Below are positions 28,177-37,310 of a DNA stretch of 64,000 nt, in pieces; positions within the stretch are counted from its first letter, which is position 1, and each line of letters begins with the position of its first letter. The stretch covers positions 1,779 through 65,778 of the forward strand of contig SYEM01000120.1 in the NCBI GenBank assembly GCA_005801385.1, read 5' to 3'. Made by a program: the position numbers and the translations under genes. A model generated the notes under the pieces. That model did no database searches. It saw nothing but the letters and a program-made list of their open reading frames with translations, and was not told the origin of the DNA. This DNA comes from Verrucomicrobiales bacterium (GTDB taxonomy: Bacteria > Verrucomicrobiota > Verrucomicrobiia > Limisphaerales > UBA9464).

Positions 28177-29616
28177 ATGCCTGTTCACTCAGAGAATCCG
28201 GAATCCCTCACGTCCCCGTTGAGGCGGCTACTTTCCCGCCCTGCTGGGGTCTTCTGGGTGTTGCTCGCGATCTACCTTTCCACCTGGGCTGGGCACTACA
28301 CCTCGGGTGATGGGGCTATCAAGGTGGACTGGGCGCGCGGACTCCTTTTCCGCGGCAGTTCCCGACTCGATCCCGCAATCGGTGGACCGGAAGAGTACAG
28401 TTTCTATCCCATAGGCCATACCGTCTTGGCTATGCCCGCCCTGGTGATGTCCCACCTGACCCGGAAGTTTATGGGAGTCAGCTGTGAGGCAGCACTCTAC
28501 ACGTTGCTCTTCGTGGCCAACGGGGCGCTGTTGCTGTATCTCATGGCACGATATCTCTGGCCGATCTATGGACCTCGACGGAGCTGGATCACGGTCCTGG
28601 TCCTGGGTCTTGGAACCCTCTGGTGGCCCTACACCAAGGTGGACTTCACGGAGCCGCTCGTTGCCACCGTGATTTTCGGGGCGTTCCTCCTGCTTCGTGC
28701 GGACAGGCCTTTCCTGGGCATGCTGGCGGCTGGAGTGGGATGGACTCTCCGCCCGGAGGCGATCCTGTTCGCGGGTCTTCTGGGTCTCTGGCACCTGATG
28801 CGAACCCGGCGGCTGGACCAAGTTGCGTTGATGGGGTTGGGGCTCATTCCGGCGGCAGCAGTAAACCTCTATGCGAACTGGATCCGTTGGGGTTCCTGGA
28901 GCAGTTCCGGTTACGCGGGAGGCTATTCACAGGCAGGCTTTGATTATCCAGCCCTGGCTGGCTTCTTCGGTCTCATCTTTTCGCCCGGCAAAGGTCTATT
29001 CTGGTTTTCACCGCCCCTTTTGCTGGGTGTTCTCGGCTGGAATCGGATGAGAAATCGCGAGGCAACGCGTTCAGATGCCTGGTTCTTTGCAGCACTCTTC
29101 GGTCTCAGTGTTGCACTCTATTCGCGGTGGTGGGACTGGGGGAGTGACGATGCCTGGGGCGTGCGATTCCTAATATCTGGGGTGATATTCATGACCCTTC
29201 CGGTGGTGGAGATGCTAGATCGGCGTCTCTGGGTTGGAACAGTATTGGCGATCGGCGTCGCCGTGCAGCTTCTCGCAGTCCTCGTCGCGCCGCTGGAATA
29301 TGTGGTCATGCTCCACGAGGTCGAGCCTGAGAGGCCCGCGGTCCTTAGCCGCAACAGGAGGAAAACGATGGATCTGGAGGAGATGTGGTATCATCCACGC
29401 TATGGTCAGCTTCCCGGACATTGGACTCTGGTGAGGGTGATGTTCGGCGTTCCTCCCAGCCCGAGTACAGAGCGTCAGAATCGGTTCACCGGTCTCTCCC
29501 TTTATGAATGCTATCCGGAGGAAGCGTGGCGCCGCCATGCCTTCCCGGACCTCATTTGGTGGCGGCCACTGACTCGGGTGCTCGGTCTGGATGGCAAACC
29601 TGGACCGACTCCGTGA
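28177..29616 (+). CDS. polytopic membrane protein, GT-C-type glycosyltransferase-like (ArnT/PMT-like)
   Basis: More than 10 hydrophobic segments, and an aromatic/Trp-rich loop pattern typical of GT-C glycosyltransferases. The assignment rests on topology and composition only. Confidence 0.45.
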   Translation: MPVHSENPESLTSPLRRLLSRPAGVFWVLLAIYLSTWAGHYTSGDGAIKVDWARGLLFRGSSRLDPAIGGPEEYSFYPIGHTVLAMPALVMSHLTRKFMGVSCEAALYTLLFVANGALLLYLMARYLWPIYGPRRSWITVLVLGLGTLWWPYTKVDFTEPLVATVIFGAFLLLRADRPFLGMLAAGVGWTLRPEAILFAGLLGLWHLMRTRRLDQVALMGLGLIPAAAVNLYANWIRWGSWSSSGYAGGYSQAGFDYPALAGFFGLIFSPGKGLFWFSPPLLLGVLGWNRMRNREATRSDAWFFAALFGLSVALYSRWWDWGSDDAWGVRFLISGVIFMTLPVVEMLDRRLWVGTVLAIGVAVQLLAVLVAPLEYVVMLHEVEPERPAVLSRNRRKTMDLEEMWYHPRYGQLPGHWTLVRVMFGVPPSPSTERQNRFTGLSLYECYPEEAWRRHAFPDLIWWRPLTRVLGLDGKPGPTP

Positions 29617-29619
29617 CCT

Positions 29620-31452
29620 TCACGGCGCCGCGGCGCTGGACGAGGTCCCATCGGTGCCGGTTTCCTGGGAGACCAGCGGTTGGAGTGGGCCGCGCTTGGC
29701 GTGTCTCAGGTCCTGCAGTTCCTGGATCAGGGCGACCCGTTCTGAATCCTCAAGCGCCGGGTCCGCAAGGGTCCGGGTCACGTGACCCAAACGGTCATCA
29801 ATCCGAAGGTTTCGGAGACGGACTAGTGTATCGGAGAGAGCCACCTCAGGATTGGACACTGCCCGCCTCTCGCTAGCGGCGCCGGAAACCAGGGACCGCA
29901 TGGCCTCGTCGTCCTCGAGCTGGCTCATCATCCCAGCGACATCACCCTGAAGCGCAAAGTGGAGGCCGATAATCCGCCTCACGCCGTCATGACGAATCCA
30001 GTCCGGGTCAAGGTGGTGCGCTACAAAATGAGCGAGGGGAGGGTTCGCAAGAAGATACCTCACCAACCACACCTCGAGTTCCGAAGGTGGTGACTGCACC
30101 TGTGGCGATGCCGTGGCTTGGATCTCCTGTCGGGTGGATTCAAGAAGACTCGGCCGTACCTTTCGGAACTCCTGCCGGACCGCTGATGGATCCACACCGA
30201 GGCGTTGAGCCACCCGCTGGGCATAAGTGTCGATGACCACCGCATTGCCTGTCTTCTGCACCGCTTCACCGACGGATCGAACCACCACGGCGCGACCCCG
30301 GTCGGTGGAGGCGTCGTTCTCCTCGAGGAGGTGTCGGAGGTAGAAGTCGAAGTACCCCTCTGCCCGCGTCAGGATGCCTCGGAACGCCTCGGCTCCATGA
30401 CTCTTGATGAAGCTGTCGGGATCATCCGGAGGGGGAATCGAGGCGACCCGGACGGACAGGCCCGAGCCGAGGAGACCATCGAAGGATCGGACACTGGCAT
30501 TGCGGCCGGCCTTGTCGCCGTCGAAGCACAGAACGACCTCCTCAACATAGCGTCGGAGGACCCGTGCGTGGTCCGGGGTTATGGCTGTGCCCTGAGGGGC
30601 TACCACGTTCCGGATGCCCGCCGCGTGACAGGCGATGGTGTCGAGCTGGCCCTCGCAGACGATGGCATGCCCGGCGTCGAGAATTGCCCTGCGGGCCTTG
30701 TCGAGAGCGAACAAGACCTTGCCCTTGGTGAAGATCGGGGTCTCTGGCGAGTTGACGTACTTCGCGGTCTTCTCGTCGCCCTGGAGCACCCGGCCGCTGA
30801 ACGCGATCACCCGCCCCTGCTCATCGCAGATCGGGAACATCAGGCGACCCCGGAATCGGTCGTACACCCTGCCCGTCTCCGCCTTGCGGACGATCAGGCC
30901 GGCCTGTTCGCAAAGCGCTTCGTCGAAGCCCTTCGATTTCGCCCAGTTCACGGTGTCGTCCCACGCCTCGGGGGCCGCGCCGAGGCGGAACTCCTTCACG
31001 GTTTCCGGTGCGACACCGCGCCTGGCGAGGTAGTCGCGGGCCAGCTCCCCGGCCGCCTCGTTGGCGAGGCACTGCTGCCATCGCAGACAGATCGCCTCGT
31101 GCAGCTTCAGGAGTGAGTCCTTGAGACCCCGATTCTCCGGGGCGCCTGTACCCGCCTCGTATTCGAGCGGGATCCGGGCCCGTTCGGCGAGGCGCTCGAT
31201 CGCCTCTGGGAATGAGATGTTCTCGTAGAGCTGGACAAACTTGAAGACGTCCCCGCCCGCTTGGCAGCCGAAGCAGTGGAAGATCTGCCGGGCCGGGTTG
31301 ACGTTGAAGCTGGGGGACTTCTCCCGGTGGAACGGGCAGAGGCACACGAAGTTTGCGCCGTTGCGCTTGAGCGGGATGGATGCGCCGATGAGATCCACGA
31401 TGTCATTCGCGGCTCGCACGCGCTCTCGGAAGTTGTCGGAAAACCGGGGCAT
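29620..31452 (-). CDS. dnaG: DNA primase
   Basis: Zinc-ribbon CLCPFHREKSPSFNVNPARQIFHCFGCQAGGDVFKF. TOPRIM region AIVCEGQLD...VLCFDGDKAGRNA. ATG at 31452 overlaps the rsmB stop (TGATG). Confidence 0.9.
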   Translation of the reverse strand: MPRFSDNFRERVRAANDIVDLIGASIPLKRNGANFVCLCPFHREKSPSFNVNPARQIFHCFGCQAGGDVFKFVQLYENISFPEAIERLAERARIPLEYEAGTGAPENRGLKDSLLKLHEAICLRWQQCLANEAAGELARDYLARRGVAPETVKEFRLGAAPEAWDDTVNWAKSKGFDEALCEQAGLIVRKAETGRVYDRFRGRLMFPICDEQGRVIAFSGRVLQGDEKTAKYVNSPETPIFTKGKVLFALDKARRAILDAGHAIVCEGQLDTIACHAAGIRNVVAPQGTAITPDHARVLRRYVEEVVLCFDGDKAGRNASVRSFDGLLGSGLSVRVASIPPPDDPDSFIKSHGAEAFRGILTRAEGYFDFYLRHLLEENDASTDRGRAVVVRSVGEAVQKTGNAVVIDTYAQRVAQRLGVDPSAVRQEFRKVRPSLLESTRQEIQATASPQVQSPPSELEVWLVRYLLANPPLAHFVAHHLDPDWIRHDGVRRIIGLHFALQGDVAGMMSQLEDDEAMRSLVSGAASERRAVSNPEVALSDTLVRLRNLRIDDRLGHVTRTLADPALEDSERVALIQELQDLRHAKRGPLQPLVSQETGTDGTSSSAAAP

Positions 31453-32777
31453 CAGACGACAGTCGGAGTAGCCGATCCACCGCGCCCTGACGAGCCCGGG
31501 GCTCTGAGACGCGCAACGAAAGCTCCATCCACCCCGTCCCGGACAGGATCGAGCGTCCGCTGGGTCTCGACCATGAACCCTGGATGCGAGACGAGGAACC
31601 GAGTCACCACCTCCAGGTTTTCCTCGGGCTCGAGGCTGCAGGTCGAATAGACGATCCGTCCCCCGGGCCGGATGCGCCGGGCGGCGTCCGCCAGCAGGTC
31701 GGCCTGCACGGTGGCCATCCGCTGGAACTCGGCGGGATCCAGCCGCCACCGGAGCTCCACCCGCCGGCGCAGAACGCCGGTGTTCGAGCAGGGCGCATCC
31801 AAAAGGATGCCGTCAAACTCCGGCGTTGCCGGGGGAAGGGCGGAGACGGTGTTCACACAGGTCGCCCCGATACGCCCTGCATTGTCCCGAAGGAGATCCA
31901 GACGTCCTTCCGAGGTGTCATGGGCCACAATCCGTCCCGCATTCGCCATCCGCTCGGCCATGTACAGGGTCTTGCCGCCTGGCGCGGCACAGAGGTCCAG
32001 CAGGGTTTCACCGGGACGCGGGTCGAGTTCACGGATGGCCAGAAGGGTGCTTGGATCCTGGAGGTAGAATCCTCCCTCCCGGAAGCTGCCCAGACCGGCA
32101 ACTGCTGGAATGCCGGACAGCTCGTGCAGGGTGCCGGGGTCCGCCCATTCGAGGACCCGCTCGGCGTGGACGACCCCTTCGGCGTCCCAGCGGAGCAGGA
32201 GTTCCTCGGGATTGGTCTTCAGACGGTTCACGCGGGCGAAGAGCGGGGGAGGTGTATTGACCCATCGACAGAGCGTCTGCAGTTCTGCCGAGTCGTATCG
32301 AGTCGACCACCGCTCGACGAGCCAGGGCGGGAGCGACCATCCCCTCGCCGGCTCGGAGCGCTGCAGCTCCTTGAGGCGGTGTCGGGTGGCTTCGCGATCC
32401 CGGATAACGTTCCTCAGGACCGCATTCACGAAGCCGGCCTGGCTGGGAAACCCGAGGCGCCGTGCCAGCTCAACGGAGTCATGGACAGCTGCGTGGTCGG
32501 GTATCCGGTCGAGCCAGAGCAGCTGGTAGATCCCGAGACGGAGCAGGGTCCGTGGAACCACCGGAATCGGACGCCGATCGGTGCGAGCGGCAATGAGATC
32601 GTCGAGGGTTCCACGCCATCGGAGCACCCCGAGGATGAGTTCCTGCGCGAGGCGGCGATCGGCCGATTTGAGGCCGATGAACACGCGGTCTTTCTCGAGT
32701 CGACGCTCCGCGAAATCCCCGGGTTCCTCCTGTCGGACAAGAAACAGGACGGCAAATTCTCTTGGTTCGGAAACCAT
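31452..32777 (-). CDS. rsmB: 16S rRNA (cytosine-C5)-methyltransferase RsmB/Sun
   Basis: NusB-like N-domain (LILGVLRWRGTLDDLI, LRLGIYQLLWLDRIPDHAAV). SAM-MTase motifs (LDLCAAPGGKT, DGILLDAPCSNTGVLRR, GGRIVYSTCSLEPEEN). Only the last 441 codons of the 980-codon ORF are used. Confidence 0.85.
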   Translation of the reverse strand: MVSEPREFAVLFLVRQEEPGDFAERRLEKDRVFIGLKSADRRLAQELILGVLRWRGTLDDLIAARTDRRPIPVVPRTLLRLGIYQLLWLDRIPDHAAVHDSVELARRLGFPSQAGFVNAVLRNVIRDREATRHRLKELQRSEPARGWSLPPWLVERWSTRYDSAELQTLCRWVNTPPPLFARVNRLKTNPEELLLRWDAEGVVHAERVLEWADPGTLHELSGIPAVAGLGSFREGGFYLQDPSTLLAIRELDPRPGETLLDLCAAPGGKTLYMAERMANAGRIVAHDTSEGRLDLLRDNAGRIGATCVNTVSALPPATPEFDGILLDAPCSNTGVLRRRVELRWRLDPAEFQRMATVQADLLADAARRIRPGGRIVYSTCSLEPEENLEVVTRFLVSHPGFMVETQRTLDPVRDGVDGAFVARLRAPGSSGRGGSATPTVV

Positions 32778-32825
32778 CGGGAAGGCATACTGACCGTCCT
32801 CCGTTGAGGAGCCAGTTTTTAGCTC

Positions 32826-34673
32826 ATGAAAGAGGAAATGGACCAGTTGGTTGCCGCCGGAAAAATCCAGCCGAAGCACGTCGCCCCGCTGACGGCGCTG
32901 CTCGAGGCAGGGTTTGGACAACACCGCAGCTGGGGCTTCGGAAAGATCCGGACCCTGGATGGAATCGCCGGGCGGCTTGTGATCGATTTCGCCAACAAGC
33001 CCGGCCACGCCCTCGACCTGGCCTTTGCCACGGAGACGCTCAAGCCGATCCCCAAGGACCACATCCTCGCGAGGAAGCACTCGGATCTGAAAGGACTCCA
33101 GCAGATGGCGGCCCTGCATCATCTGGATGTCGTCAAGCTGGTCATCGACAGCTTCGGCGGGAAGGCGACGGTCGACCAGGTCGAGTCCGTCCTCGTGCCG
33201 GATGTCATCCAGAGCGACTGGAAGAAGTGGTGGGAAGCGGCCAAGACCGAGCTGAAGAAGGACGGTCACTTCCTGGTCCCGATCAAGAAGGCTGAGCCTA
33301 TCGTCTACCAGGCCGAGGAACAGCATCTGACGGACCGGCTCCTCCGGGATTTCCGGGCGGCCAAGGGTCTCAAGGCCCGCGTGGTGGTGGCCCATGAGAT
33401 CCAGAAGAACCTCGCGGACCTGCCCGACAAAGCGATGCTGTCGGAGGTTCTCGACCAGCTCAACACGGAGATTAAAACTCATCTGACCACTCGGCCCAGT
33501 GAGGCGCTCGAGGGCATCTTCGTCCGGGAAGAGCTGCGTCAGGCCACCTCGATTCCTGCCCCCGAGGGCGAGGTCGTCGCCAAGGACATCTGGAACCAGC
33601 GCCTCCGTATCCGGGATCTGTTCGAGGAGATTCCCGTGGCCAAGCATCGCCGGGCCCTCGAGTCGTTCCGGGACAACGTTCCGGACTGGGCAGCCCAGAT
33701 CGTGCTCCTCATCAACGACGTCCCGGCCAAGCTGGCGGGCGAGTGCGCCCGGATCCTCCTCCAGGAGAACCGTGGCCCGCTGCTGAAGGACACCCTGGCG
33801 CGTCTTTTCTCCCAGCATGGGGCCAGCAGCGAGCTGTTGCTCTGGTTCGGCAAGGACCGTAGCGACTTCTTCGCCGAACTCCTCAATCCCGAGGTGTTCC
33901 GTGCGATGCTGTCCGCCATCGAGCGGGACCAGTTCATGGAGAAGAAGGGCAACCGGCTCCGCGACTACGTCCTCGAGGATCAGACCCTCATTCCGGCTCT
34001 CATCGAGTCGGCCGATGTCGAAATCATCCGTGATCTGACCCGGACCCTCCAGCTGAGCCCGAGCTTCGACGACATGAGCAAGCGCTCCCTGCTGGCACGG
34101 ATCGTCAAGATGTACCCGGCGATCCAGGAGATGATCACCGGGGAGCAGACCAAGGAGGACAAGACCTTCCTGGTGAGCTGGTCGAGCATCGAGCGTCGGA
34201 AGACCGAGTACGAGGACCTTGTCCAGAAGCAGATCCCTGCAAATGTCCGCGACATCGCCCTCGCCCGCAGCTATGGCGACCTTCGCGAGAACGCCGAATA
34301 CAAGTTCGCCAAGGAGCAGCAGAAGATCCTGAACCGCCGCAAACACGAACTCGAGGCCCAGATGGGCAAGGCTCGTGGGACAGACTTCTCGCATGCCCGG
34401 ACCGACGTCGTGACGCCGGGAACCACGGTAACCCTCGCCGATCTCGACTCAGGCAAGACCGAGGGCGTCCATATCCTCGGGGCATGGGATGGAGATGCCG
34501 ACCGGAACATCGTCAGCTATCTCACCCCGTTCGCCCAGGCGCTCCTCAACAAGGGCGTCGGCGCAGAGTCGGAGCTGCCGGGCGAAGCCGGTAAACGCAG
34601 GGTCCGGATCGATAGCATCGTGGTGGCGGATGTCGCCTCCCTGCTCCCCGCTGCGGCGCAGGCGGCTGCCTGA
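32826..34673 (+). CDS. greA: long-form transcription elongation factor GreA (615 aa)
   Basis: The C-terminal ~160 aa are canonical GreA (YGDLRENAEYKFAKEQQ, VTPGTTVTLADLDSGKTEGVHILGAWDGD...VSYLTPFAQALLNKGVG). They are preceded by a ~450-aa N-terminal extension. Confidence 0.8.
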   Translation: MKEEMDQLVAAGKIQPKHVAPLTALLEAGFGQHRSWGFGKIRTLDGIAGRLVIDFANKPGHALDLAFATETLKPIPKDHILARKHSDLKGLQQMAALHHLDVVKLVIDSFGGKATVDQVESVLVPDVIQSDWKKWWEAAKTELKKDGHFLVPIKKAEPIVYQAEEQHLTDRLLRDFRAAKGLKARVVVAHEIQKNLADLPDKAMLSEVLDQLNTEIKTHLTTRPSEALEGIFVREELRQATSIPAPEGEVVAKDIWNQRLRIRDLFEEIPVAKHRRALESFRDNVPDWAAQIVLLINDVPAKLAGECARILLQENRGPLLKDTLARLFSQHGASSELLLWFGKDRSDFFAELLNPEVFRAMLSAIERDQFMEKKGNRLRDYVLEDQTLIPALIESADVEIIRDLTRTLQLSPSFDDMSKRSLLARIVKMYPAIQEMITGEQTKEDKTFLVSWSSIERRKTEYEDLVQKQIPANVRDIALARSYGDLRENAEYKFAKEQQKILNRRKHELEAQMGKARGTDFSHARTDVVTPGTTVTLADLDSGKTEGVHILGAWDGDADRNIVSYLTPFAQALLNKGVGAESELPGEAGKRRVRIDSIVVADVASLLPAAAQAAA

Positions 34674-34710
34674 TCTGCGGCGTACCCAGACCGTCACGGG
34701 AGACTGCACC

Positions 34711-35571
34711 GTGGAGACGGAGACGGAGTCGAAGCTCGAACAGCTGAGGGAATCCCTCCGCGGGCTGGGCTCCTGTCTCGTCGCCTACTCCGGCGGGGTG
34801 GACTCCGTCTTTCTCGCCCACGTTGCCCATGCGGTCCTCGGACCCCGGGCCTTGGCCGTCATCGCCGATTCGCCCAGTTTGCCCCGACAAGAACTCGAGG
34901 AGGCGCGGGCGCTCGCGGAACGCTTCGGGTTCCCCCTGCGGATTGTCCGGACCGCCGAGTTCTCGGATTCCCGATACCTCTCCAATCCCGTCAACCGCTG
35001 CTATTTCTGCAAGCATGCCCTGTTCTCGGAGCTGGTCCCAATTGCCCGGAAGGAGGGCTTCCAGGCGGTCGTGTACGGGGAGAACGCCAGTGATGTCGGG
35101 GACCATCGTCCCGGAGCCCAGGCGGCGGCGGAGTTCGAGGTCCGGGCTCCATTGAAGGACGTCGGACTTACCAAGGCCGAAATCCGCGGACTGAGTGCGC
35201 GATTCGGACTTCCCACGGCCGACAAGCCTCAGATGGCCTGTCTGAGTTCGAGGATTCCAACCGGTGAGGCTGTCACCCCCGCCAAGCTGGCCCAGATCGA
35301 GGCTGCAGAACGTCATCTCCGGGACCTGGGATTCTGGGATGTCCGTGTCCGACACCACGAACTGAAGCAGGGTTCCCTCGCCCGCATCGAGGTCGGTCTC
35401 GAGGAGATGCCGCGTCTCTGTGCTGCCGATCGGCTCCGATCCATCGCCGAACATCTCCAGACACTGGGGTACCTCCACGTCACGGTGGACGCGGCCGGCT
35501 ATCGACGCGGCAGCACGAATGGCGTGTCCGCACCGATCACCCTGGGCCGACCCCCGGTCGCGCCACAGTAG
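34711..35571 (+). CDS. larE: PP-loop ATP-utilising enzyme, LarE-like sulfur transferase family
   Basis: PP-loop VAYSGGVDSVFLA. Conserved NRCYFCK motif. MACLSSRIPTGE motif. GTG start at 34711 is chosen to avoid overlap with greA. Confidence 0.7.
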   Translation: METETESKLEQLRESLRGLGSCLVAYSGGVDSVFLAHVAHAVLGPRALAVIADSPSLPRQELEEARALAERFGFPLRIVRTAEFSDSRYLSNPVNRCYFCKHALFSELVPIARKEGFQAVVYGENASDVGDHRPGAQAAAEFEVRAPLKDVGLTKAEIRGLSARFGLPTADKPQMACLSSRIPTGEAVTPAKLAQIEAAERHLRDLGFWDVRVRHHELKQGSLARIEVGLEEMPRLCAADRLRSIAEHLQTLGYLHVTVDAAGYRRGSTNGVSAPITLGRPPVAPQ

Positions 35572-35667
35572 CCGCGGGCTTGCCGCTCGACAGCGCACAG
35601 GCACCCGGGTCTATTGGCTGGGATCTCCCGACCGAACCCTAGGCCTGTTCCTCCGCTGAACCTTTCC

Positions 35668-36450
35668 ATGCCGTTCCGGATCCGACCCAACCGCGCTGCC
35701 TTTACGCTGATCGAACTCCTGGTGGTGATCGCCATCATCGCGATCCTGGCTGGCATGCTCCTCCCGGCGTTGGCCAATGCGAAGGAGAAGGCGAACCGGA
35801 CCGCGTGCATGAACAATCTGCGGCAGATCGCCCTGTTCATGCAGTTCTACACTGACGAGTACCGCGACACGTTCGTCGCGCACCGCAACCTCGGTCAGGG
35901 GGATGACCCGAACCGCGCCCTCACCAACTGGTGGGGCACCTCGATCGTCGGCTACGGCAACAACAACTCGAACCTGTTCCGCTGCCCCAGCATCAAGGGC
36001 AAGCGGCTCGACAAGGGTGTGCGCTGGGAATGGAAGTTCGATGCGCACAAAGTGGGCTATGGCTACAACGGCTTCTTCCTGGGGCGTCATCCCTACGGAC
36101 CGGATTCGCTGACCGTCGGTGGTGTCCGCTTCGATGTGGCACCCTGGTTCAAGAGAACCGCCATCGTGAACCCCTCGCAGAATCTAGTGATCGGGGATGG
36201 AATGCCGAAGGCCGATGGCTACTGGAGCAGCAGTCTCTGGTGGCCATTCAGCGGCATGGAGAAGGGTCAAGGGTTGGAGGGGGTCGACAACAGCCGGCAC
36301 AAGGACCAGGGGGTGGCTGTCTTCAACGATGGCCATGCCGAGTCCCGCAAGAGTGCCCGGATCAACCCACCCATGGATCCCTCGTCGGGCAACGCCAAAG
36401 CACTCCAGAACTCAGAATTCTGGGATCCGCTCAACCGGGCTCGCCGCTAG
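35668..36450 (+). CDS. prepilin-type N-terminal cleavage/methylation protein with H-X9-DG C-terminal motif
   Basis: [11 protein letters not shown]|[43 protein letters not shown]. The C-terminal [13 protein letters not shown] is an exact H-X9-DG. Confidence 0.85.
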   Translation: MPFRIRPNRAAFTLIELLVVIAIIAILAGMLLPALANAKEKANRTACMNNLRQIALFMQFYTDEYRDTFVAHRNLGQGDDPNRALTNWWGTSIVGYGNNNSNLFRCPSIKGKRLDKGVRWEWKFDAHKVGYGYNGFFLGRHPYGPDSLTVGGVRFDVAPWFKRTAIVNPSQNLVIGDGMPKADGYWSSSLWWPFSGMEKGQGLEGVDNSRHKDQGVAVFNDGHAESRKSARINPPMDPSSGNAKALQNSEFWDPLNRARR

Positions 36451-36503
36451 CCCGGCAGACTGTCGAGGAGCCCCACGCCCCGAGAATCAACCTGGCTCCG
36501 ATC

Positions 36504-37241
36504 ATGATCCTTCCCGTTTCAGCCACCTCTCCCCATTGGCTCTGGCGATCCGCCTTGGCTGCCACCCTGATGCTGGAGACAGGTGTCGCCCACCTTGCAA
36601 CCCGTGCGGCCGAGATCGAGCCGGGCGTCACCGTGAGGGCTGATGGATGGGGTCCCATGACCAATGGCCGAGACCTTTCCGGGTGGCGCAATCCCTTCGC
36701 CTGGGGTGAGGCCAAGGTGGTGGACGGGGAAATCCATCTCCTCGGGGACCGCAAGTTCTTCCTCGTGACCGAAAAGACCCACGGAGATTTCATCTTCGAA
36801 GGTGAGGTCTTCCTGCCACCCGGGAATTCCAACAGCGGCTTCATGTTCCGCGCCAACGTGGCAAGGAACCGCGTCTGGGGCTACCAGGCCGAGGTTGACG
36901 GTGATGAGAAACGCAAATGGTCGGGCGGCCTCTATGATGAGGATCGTCGGATGTGGTTCATCTCTCCCATCAGTGGGAACGCCGAAAGCATCGCGGCATT
37001 CCGGGCCCGTGCGGGGAAGGCGTTCAGGCGTCACGACTGGAACCGGTACCGGATCACCTGCATCGGTCGTCGACTGCGGATCGAGGTCAACGGAGTCGTG
37101 ACCACCGATGTCGAGGATGGCCAGGATGCCAGAGGCGTCATCGGTCTCCAGCACCACGGCGAGAAGGGTCAGGTCTACCGGTTTCGCAACCTTCGCCTCC
37201 ACGAACTGGGCATGCCTCACGGTGCGGCGACAAAGCCCTAG
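36504..37241 (+). CDS. DUF1080 (3-keto-disaccharide hydrolase-like) domain protein, secreted
   Basis: Signal peptide followed by the DUF1080 pattern: LSGWRNPFAWGEAKVVDGEIHL, GDFIFEGEVFLPPGNSNSGFMFRA, GYQAEVD, WNRYRITCIGRRLRIEVNGV, IGLQHHGE...FRNLRL. Confidence 0.7.
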   Translation: MILPVSATSPHWLWRSALAATLMLETGVAHLATRAAEIEPGVTVRADGWGPMTNGRDLSGWRNPFAWGEAKVVDGEIHLLGDRKFFLVTEKTHGDFIFEGEVFLPPGNSNSGFMFRANVARNRVWGYQAEVDGDEKRKWSGGLYDEDRRMWFISPISGNAESIAAFRARAGKAFRRHDWNRYRITCIGRRLRIEVNGVVTTDVEDGQDARGVIGLQHHGEKGQVYRFRNLRLHELGMPHGAATKP

Positions 37242-37310
37242 TCACCACAGGCCGATCCCTTTCCAGTCCCCCTGCGGGCCCACTCCAGTGTCCTCCTCTC
37301 GACGCCATCC

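Noticed and set aside
32778-34394. N-terminal 539 codons of the 980-aa minus-strand ORF 31452..34394
   Set aside because: Only the last 441 codons (from ATG 32777) show RsmB motifs. The upstream part is exactly antisense to the well-supported greA gene and has the Leu/Arg/Gly/Asp/Val-rich look of an antisense frame in high-GC DNA.
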